Assembly (NCBI RefSeq): GCF_000146505.1 | Contig: NC_017448.1 | Span: 2,550,001-2,582,000, forward strand | Origin: Fibrobacter succinogenes subsp. succinogenes S85 | GTDB lineage: Bacteria > Fibrobacterota > Fibrobacteria > Fibrobacterales > Fibrobacteraceae | Reading direction: 5' to 3' | DNA length: 32,000 nucleotides | Shown: positions 21,012-29,488 of the stretch, one piece after another | How positions within the stretch are numbered: position 1 is the first letter of the stretch | How the letters are laid out: the number at the start of each line of letters is the position of its first letter | The notes under the pieces: model-generated | The model's input: only the letters and a program-made list of their open reading frames with translations | The model's database searches: none | What the model was told of the DNA's origin: nothing | Program-made: the position numbers and the translations under genes

Positions 21012-23038
21012 GAACGATTGCTTTGCTGGGACAGCCGAATTCCGGCAAGTCCACTCTTTTTAATGCATTGACGGGTTCGCATCAGCATGTCGGTAACTGG
21101 CCCGGAAAAACGGTGGAAAGGGCGGAAGGCTTTTTCACGCAAGGCGAAGAGCTTTATCGCGTTGTTGATTTGCCGGGTAGCTATGGGCTTACGGCAAACT
21201 CTGCCGAAGAAGTTGTGACGCGTACATACATTGAACACGGTTATGCCGACATTGTCTGCATTATCGTTGACGCTTCGCAGCTGGAACGCAGCCTTTACAT
21301 GCTTGCGGATTTTGCGGGCATTGAACGGCCTGTAATGCTTGTGCTCAACATGATGGATGTTGCAGAACAGAAGGGCAAAAAGATTGACGTCCAGAAAATC
21401 GAAAAGCTTTTGAACATTCCGGTGCTTGGCTTTACGGCGGCAAATTTGGACGACTATCCGAAATTCTTTGAAACGCTGAATCGTGCGCTTGAAAAGAAGG
21501 CGACGATTTCGTCGGATAAAATTCGTGATATTGTTGAACGCGAAGGCGAAAAGTCGCGTTTTGAAAATCTGAAAAAGCTTGAAGATTTGATTGCATCTCT
21601 GAAATTTGACAATCGCGAAAGATTCTGGGTTGCATCAAAGCTTTTGGAAAATGATTCGCTTGTGCGTTCGGAAGTCGAAACGGCGGTGACTCCGGAACAT
21701 TGGAAGCAAATCAAGGAAATTCTGGATGCTGAAGGTGCTGAAGGCGGACTTTTGACGGGTGAAGCGAAGTACCGCTTTGTCTCTGAAGTTCTCCGTGATG
21801 CGTCTGAAGGCGAAGAAAAGTCGATGAAGCTTTCTCGCTTTGATAAGATTGCGACGCACCGCATCTGGGGTAAAATTGTCGCATTCTTTATTCTCGTGCT
21901 TACGCTTGCCGTGAGCATGATGATTGCAGTCCCGATTATTGCAAGCTGCTTTGGACTCCAGCATGTTGCAGAACCGCTTGTTGTTCAAATGTGCGAAAAG
22001 TTTGGCTGGTGGCCTTCTGTAGCGTCGTTCGTCAATGGCGTTATCATTGGCGGGCTTTCTGTGACTGTCGCCATGATGAGCTTTGTCTTTGCGATTCTCG
22101 TGACATTTGGCTTGATGGAAGATACGGGCTACTTGGCGAGATCTTCGTATGTGTTTGACTCGTGGCTTTCAAGGCTTGGTTTGCATGGCAAGGCGTTTAT
22201 GCCGCTGTTTTCTGGGCTTGCTTGCACGGGCGGCGCCGTTTGCGGTACGCGCGTGCTAGATACACGTGGACAGCGCTTGTTTGCGATGGTGCTTTTGTGG
22301 TCCATTCCGTGCGGCTCAAAAGTTGCCGTAGTGCTTTTCCTTGCTTCCGTTTTCTTTGGCTCGGCGGCTCCGCTGTTTGGCTTGGTTTATGTAGCGATGA
22401 TTTTTGCATCGTTCTTGCTTTCGTCTAAACTTTTCGGAAATAAGCTGATGCCGGTGAATGAACGCGTGGGCATGATTATGGAACTTCCGCCGTACCACAA
22501 GCCACATTGGAAAATTTTGCTCAAGACGGTTGCTCGCAATGTCTGGGCGGTTTTCAAGAAGGCGATTGCGGTCATTTGGTTTGTGTCCCTTTTGTTCTGG
22601 CTTATTTCGTATTCGAAAGATGGAAATGTGGAACATAGCGTGCTTTACACCATTGGCAATGCGATTGAACCGTTTACGCAGATTTTCGGTATGCGCTGGC
22701 AACTGTTTATTTCGTATATCGGCGGAATCTTTAGCAAGGAAGCGTCGCTTGGCGTGATGAGCGTTGTCTTCTCGAGTACAACTGATGCGTTCTCGCTTGT
22801 TGCCCGTAATGAGGCGGGTGCAAATCTTGGCGAAATGATGCGTGCCGTGGTGACCATCCCGGAAGCTCTTGCATTTATTTTTGCATCCATGTTCAATATC
22901 CCTTGTGTACTTGCGATGGGTACAACGTATCGTGAAACGCATTCCCTTAAGTGGATGCTTGCGATTGCGGGTTATTACTTTGCGATTTCGCTTGGTTTGG
23001 CGTTTATCGTTTACCACATTGCGCTGTGGGTGCTTTAG
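21008..23038 (+). CDS. feoB: Ferrous iron transport protein B (FeoB)
   Basis: N-terminal G-domain MRTIALLGQPNSGKSTLFNALTG...DLPGSY...LNMMD, followed by a polytopic membrane domain. 676 aa. Confidence 0.95.
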   Translation: MRTIALLGQPNSGKSTLFNALTGSHQHVGNWPGKTVERAEGFFTQGEELYRVVDLPGSYGLTANSAEEVVTRTYIEHGYADIVCIIVDASQLERSLYMLADFAGIERPVMLVLNMMDVAEQKGKKIDVQKIEKLLNIPVLGFTAANLDDYPKFFETLNRALEKKATISSDKIRDIVEREGEKSRFENLKKLEDLIASLKFDNRERFWVASKLLENDSLVRSEVETAVTPEHWKQIKEILDAEGAEGGLLTGEAKYRFVSEVLRDASEGEEKSMKLSRFDKIATHRIWGKIVAFFILVLTLAVSMMIAVPIIASCFGLQHVAEPLVVQMCEKFGWWPSVASFVNGVIIGGLSVTVAMMSFVFAILVTFGLMEDTGYLARSSYVFDSWLSRLGLHGKAFMPLFSGLACTGGAVCGTRVLDTRGQRLFAMVLLWSIPCGSKVAVVLFLASVFFGSAAPLFGLVYVAMIFASFLLSSKLFGNKLMPVNERVGMIMELPPYHKPHWKILLKTVARNVWAVFKKAIAVIWFVSLLFWLISYSKDGNVEHSVLYTIGNAIEPFTQIFGMRWQLFISYIGGIFSKEASLGVMSVVFSSTTDAFSLVARNEAGANLGEMMRAVVTIPEALAFIFASMFNIPCVLAMGTTYRETHSLKWMLAIAGYYFAISLGLAFIVYHIALWVL

Positions 23039-23244
23039 GACTTCTTCGAAAAACCCAGACTACAATAGAAGCGGGTATGGCGTGCCAATTGTTGATTCAT
23101 GCGGTGCGTCATATTTTTTTTATCTCGCTTTGTTCAAAATTTTAAAAATGTTATCCATGTCTAATTGGAGCTTTTTAAAACCGTTTAGAGTAGAATATAA
23201 GGGGTGTTCTGACTTATTTTTGACCGTCCGATTGTGTGGTTCAA

Positions 23245-23955
23245 ATGACTCAGAAACGAATTTATTCAGCTTTGTCTTTCAACAAGGCCTTTTACATAGG
23301 GCTTGCCGTTGCAATCCTTATCCATATCGCCACACTTTTAAACCCGTATTTCAAGAAACAAGAAATCTCGACGCAACGCCCTGATAGCCCCGTAATGCAT
23401 GCGGAAAAGGTCTATATCGCGCCCCCTCCGCCTCCAGAAGCGCCTCCGGTCGTGAAAAAGGTCGTTCGTGCTAAAATTATCCCGAAGGTCGTAGAAAAAC
23501 CGGTCGAAGAACAGCCTCCTGAACCGGAACCAATCCCGAAACCGGTAACAGAAACGGCACCAGTCGCAGTTGCTGAACCTGTTGTCGAAGCGCCGCCTCC
23601 CGCGCCCCCCGTGGTCAAGGAACCGCCCAAACCTTCGGCAGATTCTGTGAAAATGGTGACCCGCACGTACTTGCGCTCGCTCAAAAAGCAACTGGAACAG
23701 ATCAAGGATTACCCTGCGACGGCTAAGCGCCTAAAGCAGGAAGGCACGGTACGTGTGCGGTTTACCATCCTCGCCGATGGCAAGATTGAACAAATTGAAG
23801 TTTCGGAATCAAGCCGTTATTCGTCGCTGGACAATAGCGCCTTGGAAGCCGTTGCCAACATGGGCAAATTTCAACCTATTCCAAAACTTTTAGAAAAAGA
23901 ACGCTGGAGAATCGAAATTCCAATCCAGTACAAACTTAATGCAGGGAGATCGTAA
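23245..23955 (+). CDS. tonB: TonB-family energy-transducer protein
   Basis: The ORF-track start at 23236 is GTG. The ATG at 23245 gives MTQKRIYS... with one TM (FYIGLAVAILIHIATLL). Pro-rich spacer APPPPPEAPPVVKK...EQPPEPEPIPKPV. C-terminal TonB domain YPATAKRLKQEGTVRVRFTILADGKIEQIEV. Confidence 0.85.
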   Translation: MTQKRIYSALSFNKAFYIGLAVAILIHIATLLNPYFKKQEISTQRPDSPVMHAEKVYIAPPPPPEAPPVVKKVVRAKIIPKVVEKPVEEQPPEPEPIPKPVTETAPVAVAEPVVEAPPPAPPVVKEPPKPSADSVKMVTRTYLRSLKKQLEQIKDYPATAKRLKQEGTVRVRFTILADGKIEQIEVSESSRYSSLDNSALEAVANMGKFQPIPKLLEKERWRIEIPIQYKLNAGRS

Positions 23956-24521
23956 TGAACTTCATTCTCGACTTTGTCAAACAGGGCGGTTACATCGGCT
24001 ACATCCTGGTTGCACTGAACTTTATCGGTTACGCCATCATTATCTGGAAGGTGATTTCGCTAATTGTCTTTAATAAAACCGTGCAGCCGCGTTTGACAGA
24101 TAAAGTTATCCATCGCGTGGTGACCTGCAATACCGACCATCACATCATTACAGAAAGTATTCGCACTGAAATCGGCCTTGCGTTCTCTCCGCTCACAAAG
24201 GGCCTTACGACAGTCGAAAACATCGCATCTATTTCTCCTATGCTTGGCCTCCTCGGTACGGTGGTGGGCATTTTCAACGCATTTACGGTGATAGCGGCCT
24301 CGGGCCTTGATGATCCATCCGCTTTTGCGACGGGCATTAAGTTTGCTCTCGTGACAACGGTCCTTGGGCTTGTGGTCGCTATCCCGCACGTGATTGCGTT
24401 CAACTACCTGAACGCCCGCATGGAGCAGGAACAGGACGAAGTCGAAAACCAGGTGCTTTTGCACTTGGGCAAGACTTTGCAGGAACGTGACGCAAAGAGA
24501 ACGGAGTCTCGCAATGGCTAA
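23955..24521 (+). CDS. exbB: MotA/TolQ/ExbB proton-channel family protein
   Basis: 188 aa with three TM segments. Conserved SPMLGLLGTVVGIFNAF region. The start overlaps the tonB stop (TAATG). Confidence 0.9.
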   Translation: MNFILDFVKQGGYIGYILVALNFIGYAIIIWKVISLIVFNKTVQPRLTDKVIHRVVTCNTDHHIITESIRTEIGLAFSPLTKGLTTVENIASISPMLGLLGTVVGIFNAFTVIAASGLDDPSAFATGIKFALVTTVLGLVVAIPHVIAFNYLNARMEQEQDEVENQVLLHLGKTLQERDAKRTESRNG

Positions 24522-24906
24522 AAGACGTCGTCGCATATCGCTGGACATGACGCCACTAATTGACTGCGTGTTTTTGCTGCTTGTCTTTTTCTTGGTGACG
24601 TCTGTCTTTAAGCAGGACAAATCCGTCCTCAAGCTTTTGTTGCCTGAGACTTCTAGCGAAGTCAAGCAGGAAGTTTCCGAAGGATTCTTTATAGAACTTT
24701 CAGAAACCGAAATCGCCATCAACGGTGAATTAGCGACAGTTGAAATTTTGAAGAACAAGAGCGCTGCCGTGCAAAACAAGAAAGCGCCGGTGGCCTTGAA
24801 AATCGACAAAAAGACTCCTTACGAAAAAGTCGCAGAAGTCTTGGATGTTCTCCAGATGGAAAAGATTTACAACATACAATTCGTCAATGAATTAAAAAAG
24901 GAGTGA
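24514..24906 (+). CDS. exbD: ExbD/TolR biopolymer transport protein
   Basis: The ORF-track start at 24487 is GTG. The ATG at 24514 gives MAKRRRRISLDMTPLIDCVFLLLVFFLVTS, the canonical ExbD N-terminus. 8-nt overlap with exbB (ATGGCTAA). Confidence 0.9.
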   Translation: MAKRRRRISLDMTPLIDCVFLLLVFFLVTSVFKQDKSVLKLLLPETSSEVKQEVSEGFFIELSETEIAINGELATVEILKNKSAAVQNKKAPVALKIDKKTPYEKVAEVLDVLQMEKIYNIQFVNELKKE

Positions 24907-24910
24907 GAAG

Positions 24911-27286
24911 ATGTCACGTATTCGAATAAATATCGAAAAGGTGAACGAAAAATTTGAAAACTTCGCAAGGTTCCTGATTTCGCACAGGGCCTTGCTTCTT
25001 GTTTCGTTTATAGCCTTGCTTGCGATTTCTATCGTGGGCATGAAAAAGATTTACGTCGAAGCCTCATGGGATAGCTACTTTATCGAAGGCGACCCGATGC
25101 TTGTCGAAACGGACAAGTTCAAGGAAACGTTCGGCAATGACTATTTCGTGGGCGTGATGGTCGAAACGGAACAGTCTGTTTTAACGCCGGAAAACTTGAA
25201 GCTTTTGCGCGAGCTTTCGAACGAATTGCGCGATAGCCTCTCGTATTCTGACGGTAAGGCAACATCGATTGTCGATTTGGAATACATGCTCGGTACGGAC
25301 GAAGGCATGGAAATCGTGCAGATCGTGCCGGAAGAAATCCCGACAGATGCAGCGGGCCTTGCCGAAATCGAAAAGCGCCTCGCCGCAAAGCCGGAACTTG
25401 CGAAAAAGCTCATCTCTAAAGACCGCAAGCAGGCCTTTATTAACGTGAAGCTCCGCCCGTTCCCGGAAGATTCCGTGTGGAAGGCTGAAGGCGAAGCTCA
25501 GGGCAAAAAGGCCGAAGCTCCGGACATGAAGACGGGCCGCGAAACCTCTGAAATCATCGCCAAGGAAAAGTACGCTCCGCTGCACCCTCTTGCAACGGGT
25601 ATGCCTTACTTGAGCCATCAGAAGCTCAAGTACATCGGCGAAGAAATGAGCCGTATTTTCCTCATTACGATTCTTTGCTCCATCATCGTGATGTTCCTTG
25701 TGACGCGTTCGCTCCGCGGAATCGTTTCTCCGCTGATTACCACGTTCGCGGGCGTCATCATGACTTTTGGCTTGGTCGGCTATCTCGGTCTTTATATGGA
25801 TGCGACCAACATCATGGTGCCTGTCATCTTGGCGTTTGCCGTCTCCATTGCGTATAACATTCATATCCATTCTTTCTTCCGCAAGAATATGATGCTCACG
25901 GGCAAGCGCAAGGAATCTGTGCTTTACGCCATGAAAGAAACCGGCTGGTCAGTGCTGTTCTCGGGCCTCACGACGATTGTGGCACTTCTGTCGTTCCTGT
26001 CGGTGATGCTTAAGCCTATTCGCTCCGTGGGCATCCTCTCTTCTATTGCTGTTGGCTTCATTCTCCTTGTGGCTCTTACAGTTTCGCCGATTCTCTTGAG
26101 CTTTGGCAAGGACAAAAAGCCGAACGCCAAGGTGCTTGAAAAGGGTGATACGCGTATGGGCATCATCCTCAATAATCTCGGTCAGTTTGTTCTGACTCAC
26201 GGAAAGCCGATTGCAATCATCTTTGCTGTGATTACCGCAATTTCGATTTATGGCGTCACCAAGATGGAACCCGCTTTTGACGTGGAACGCACTATGGGCC
26301 GCAAGGTCGAATACGTGAACAAGATGCTCTACGTTGCCGAATCTGAAATCGGTAGCTTCTACTCTTACGACTTGGTGATTGACTTTGGCGAAAATGACAA
26401 GGCTAAGGAAGTTGATAATCTCAAAAAGCTGGAACAGCTGCAGGATCACGCCCAAAAGTATCCGCTGACAAAACGTTCCACTTCCATTCTCGACATCTTG
26501 AAGGATTTGGACCGCACCTTGAACGAAAATCGTCAGGAAATGTACGCTATCCCGGAAACGGAAGAACAGGTGGCTCAGCTCTTGCTCTTGTACGAAAATG
26601 CCGGCGGTTCCGAAGCAAGCTACTGGATGGATTACGATTACAAGAAGCTCCGCTTGATGGTCGAAATCTCGAGCTACAACTCCAACGAACTCCAGAAGGA
26701 AATTGAGGACTTGCAGAATTTCGCACGCGAACTTTATCCGAATGCGAAGGTGACAGCTGTGGGTAACTTGCCGCAGTTTACCGCTATGCAGCAGTATTTG
26801 GAAGTAGGCCAGATGACATCCTTCCTCATCTCTGTCGTGATTGTGGCGGTGCTCTTGATGATTGTCTTCGGCAGCGTCCGCACGGGTCTCATCGGCATGA
26901 TTCCGAACATCGCTCCGGGTATTTTCGTGGGCGGCTATCTCGGCTTTAGCAACATCCCGCTCGACATGATGACGGCTACGCTTATCCCGATGATCATCGG
27001 CCTTTCCGTGGACGATACGATCCATTTCATCAACCATGGCCATGTGGAATTTGACCGTTGCAAGGACTACAAGGATTCCATTCTCAAGGTGTTCCGTGCT
27101 GCAGGACCTGCTCTTGTAATGACAACGATTATCATGGTGGCGACATTTGCGGGCTTTACGACTTCGCAGGCCACGCAGATGTTCAACTTTGGCTTTGTGG
27201 TGTTTGTGGGCCTTGTCTCGGCTTTGCTTGCCGACCTGTTCGTGACACCGCTTTTAATCAAGAAGTTTAAAATTTTCGGAAAATAG
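24911..27286 (+). CDS. RND-superfamily transporter of the MMPL/HpnN-like type (791 aa)
   Basis: Topology 1 TM + large periplasmic loop + 5 TM, repeated twice. Hydrophobic blocks include IFLITILCSIIVMFLV, VSPLITTFAGVIMTFGLVGYLGL and LIPMIIGLSVDDTIHFINH. It starts 4 nt after the exbD stop. Confidence 0.88.
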   Translation: MSRIRINIEKVNEKFENFARFLISHRALLLVSFIALLAISIVGMKKIYVEASWDSYFIEGDPMLVETDKFKETFGNDYFVGVMVETEQSVLTPENLKLLRELSNELRDSLSYSDGKATSIVDLEYMLGTDEGMEIVQIVPEEIPTDAAGLAEIEKRLAAKPELAKKLISKDRKQAFINVKLRPFPEDSVWKAEGEAQGKKAEAPDMKTGRETSEIIAKEKYAPLHPLATGMPYLSHQKLKYIGEEMSRIFLITILCSIIVMFLVTRSLRGIVSPLITTFAGVIMTFGLVGYLGLYMDATNIMVPVILAFAVSIAYNIHIHSFFRKNMMLTGKRKESVLYAMKETGWSVLFSGLTTIVALLSFLSVMLKPIRSVGILSSIAVGFILLVALTVSPILLSFGKDKKPNAKVLEKGDTRMGIILNNLGQFVLTHGKPIAIIFAVITAISIYGVTKMEPAFDVERTMGRKVEYVNKMLYVAESEIGSFYSYDLVIDFGENDKAKEVDNLKKLEQLQDHAQKYPLTKRSTSILDILKDLDRTLNENRQEMYAIPETEEQVAQLLLLYENAGGSEASYWMDYDYKKLRLMVEISSYNSNELQKEIEDLQNFARELYPNAKVTAVGNLPQFTAMQQYLEVGQMTSFLISVVIVAVLLMIVFGSVRTGLIGMIPNIAPGIFVGGYLGFSNIPLDMMTATLIPMIIGLSVDDTIHFINHGHVEFDRCKDYKDSILKVFRAAGPALVMTTIIMVATFAGFTTSQATQMFNFGFVVFVGLVSALLADLFVTPLLIKKFKIFGK

Positions 27287-27295
27287 GAGGATTCT

Positions 27296-28069
27296 ATGAA
27301 AATTTCAAAAATTGCTGCGACGCTCGTTGTCGCTCTCAGTGCAATGTCTATGGCTCAGACGAATGCCCGTGACATCATGGTCAAGGTCAAAAACCGCCCG
27401 GATGGTGACACGCGCTCTTCCTCGATGGAAATGAAGCTCGTGAACAAGAGCGGTAACACCCGTGTCCGCAAGATTACTTCGTATGCAATGGACGTGGGCG
27501 AAGATACCAAGACCATCATGTTCTTCCTTTACCCGAATGATGTGAAAGGCACGGGTTTCTTGACCGTGAACTACGATGACGTCAACAAGGAAGACGACAA
27601 GTGGCTCTATCTCCCGGCTTTGAAGAAGACACGCCGCATCAGCGGAAAGAGCTCCAAGACTGATTACTTCATGGGCTCCGACTTCACATACGATGATATC
27701 GGCAAGCGCAATGTCGATGAAGATACGCACAAGCTCTTGCGCGAAGAATCGGCAGACGGTTTCGATTACTACGTCGTCGAATCGACTCCCAAGAAGGAAG
27801 GCGAAATCTTCTCCAAGAAACTCGTCTGGATCCGCAAGGATTGCGATGTCGTCGCCAAGGTCGAATTCTACGACAAGCTCGGCAAACTCCATCGCCAGAT
27901 GGTTTCTTCGGACATCAAGAAGGTTGACGGTTTTTGGACGGTCGGCAAGATGGAAATGAAGAACGTGCAGACGGGACATTCTACAGAACTCCTTTTCCTC
28001 GATCCGAAATACAACATCCAGCTCGATTCCAAGATTTTCTCTGTGAACAAGTTGGAACGTGGGTTGTAG
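27296..28069 (+). CDS. LolA-like periplasmic protein (outer-membrane lipoprotein-sorting protein family)
   Basis: Signal peptide [20 protein letters not shown]|QTN with no lipobox Cys. Family-typical blocks [33 protein letters not shown] and [18 protein letters not shown], 9 nt after the RND stop. Confidence 0.8.
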   Translation: MKISKIAATLVVALSAMSMAQTNARDIMVKVKNRPDGDTRSSSMEMKLVNKSGNTRVRKITSYAMDVGEDTKTIMFFLYPNDVKGTGFLTVNYDDVNKEDDKWLYLPALKKTRRISGKSSKTDYFMGSDFTYDDIGKRNVDEDTHKLLREESADGFDYYVVESTPKKEGEIFSKKLVWIRKDCDVVAKVEFYDKLGKLHRQMVSSDIKKVDGFWTVGKMEMKNVQTGHSTELLFLDPKYNIQLDSKIFSVNKLERGL

Positions 28070-28097
28070 TTAGTAGACAGTAAAAACTCTGCTTATT

Positions 28098-28123
28098 GTC
28101 ATGCCCGCCATTGCGCGGGCATC
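28098..28123 (+). repeat. REP-like palindromic element (GTCATGCCCGC...GCGGGCATC)
   Basis: GTC + atgcccgc (28101-28108) / loop cattgc / gcgggcat (28115-28122). It has the same GTCAY-plus-palindrome layout as the elements at 4794-6836. No U-run follows. Confidence 0.65.
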
Positions 28124-28141
28124 TCCCATTAAGGAGGAAAA

Positions 28142-29365
28142 ATGTTTAAAAAAACGGTTTTCGCGTTATTGTCCGCAGCGATCGCCTTGTCCGTACACGC
28201 CCAGGAAGACGAGCTTTCTCTGCAGCTGAACGGCTTTGTGGATTCGTATCACGCGCTGCAGGTGGAACATCCGCATAAGATTATGTCTTCGCGGACGCGC
28301 CTCCGTCTAGAAATGCGTGCGAATTACGGCGAGGCTTCGCTTTTCTCGAGCGTCAATCTCGCGTACAACAGCCTCATCAAAGACCAGTCGGGAGCGTTCC
28401 TTCGCGAAGCGTATTTCGATTACGCCGGCAAATATCTTGAAGTCAAGGCGGGTCGTCAAATTATCACGTGGGGCGTTGCCGATGGGCTTCGCCTTACGGA
28501 CTTGATTTCGCCTATGGACTACACGGAATTCATGGCGAACGATTACGACGACATTCGCGTGCCGGTGAACGCCATCAACCTCAAGTATCCTGGCGAAAGC
28601 TTCTCCGCCGAACTCGTCTTTGTGCCTGTTCCGGAGTACTTCGTGATGCCCTCGGGCGAGGACAATCCGTGGACGATGCCGTTGCCTGCGAATACGAGCA
28701 TGGACTTGAGCGGTACTCCTGAAAAGCGTCTCAAGAACAGCGAAGTGGGTGGACGTCTGCGTTTCTTCCTGGAGAATCTCGATTTCTCGCTTACGGCGCT
28801 GCGCACTTTCAATAAGTCTCCCGTAACGATTGCAAGCTTCAATCCGGAAACGAAATCTGCCGTGATTAAGGGCATCTACGAGCCGATGAACGTTGTCGGT
28901 GGCGATGTCTCTATCCCGGCGGGTGAGCTTGTGATTCGTGGCGAGGTGGCTGCGTATTTTGGCGAGCCCATTGCCTTGAAAAATTCTCGCGATTACTGGC
29001 TGCGAAAGACGTTCAACGCATTGCTCGGTATTGACTGGTACGCGGGTGATAACTGGACGTTCATGTTCCAATACATGCACAAGGTCGTCATGGATTACCG
29101 CGAAGTGTTGGGAACGGAACAGAATACGTCCATGCTTACGGCTCGCATCTCCAAGGAACTCCTGAACAATACACTCAAACTTTCTGTTTATGGGATGTAC
29201 GACGTCGATAATGTCGGTTTCTATATCCGTCCGGCGGCAGATTACCTGCTGAGTGACCAGATTACGGTCTCGTTGGGCTCTGATATTCTTGGCGGGAGGC
29301 GCGGTACGTTTAAAACTTACAAGAAAAATACGCAAATATGGGTAAAAGGTAAGTATTTCTTTTAG
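28142..29365 (+). CDS. Outer-membrane beta-barrel protein (DUF1302-like or alginate-export-like)
   Basis: Signal peptide MFKKTVFALLSAAIALSVHA|QED. GRQIITWGVADG motif. Alternating-hydrophobicity strands throughout. C-terminal beta-signal KGKYFF. AAGGAGG RBS. Confidence 0.7.
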   Translation: MFKKTVFALLSAAIALSVHAQEDELSLQLNGFVDSYHALQVEHPHKIMSSRTRLRLEMRANYGEASLFSSVNLAYNSLIKDQSGAFLREAYFDYAGKYLEVKAGRQIITWGVADGLRLTDLISPMDYTEFMANDYDDIRVPVNAINLKYPGESFSAELVFVPVPEYFVMPSGEDNPWTMPLPANTSMDLSGTPEKRLKNSEVGGRLRFFLENLDFSLTALRTFNKSPVTIASFNPETKSAVIKGIYEPMNVVGGDVSIPAGELVIRGEVAAYFGEPIALKNSRDYWLRKTFNALLGIDWYAGDNWTFMFQYMHKVVMDYREVLGTEQNTSMLTARISKELLNNTLKLSVYGMYDVDNVGFYIRPAADYLLSDQITVSLGSDILGGRRGTFKTYKKNTQIWVKGKYFF

Positions 29366-29401
29366 TGGAGTCACTTGCCGTATGGGATGAAAATGCCTAA
29401 A

Positions 29402-29469
29402 TTTAGACAGAACTAAGTTAGATTAACCTAATAAAATTGGTTTAGACTAAAATACTTGGTTCGGTCTAA
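29402..29469 (+). promoter_or_regulatory. TTAGAC-type repeats upstream of the AraC gene (candidate operator)
   Basis: tttagac (29402-29408), ttagat (29418-29423) and tttagac (29441-29447), plus inverted gtctaa (29464-29469). TTAGAC-N16-GTCTAA forms an inverted repeat ending 19 nt before the ATG. Confidence 0.3.
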
Positions 29470-29488
29470 TTTTTGAGAGAGTGAGATT

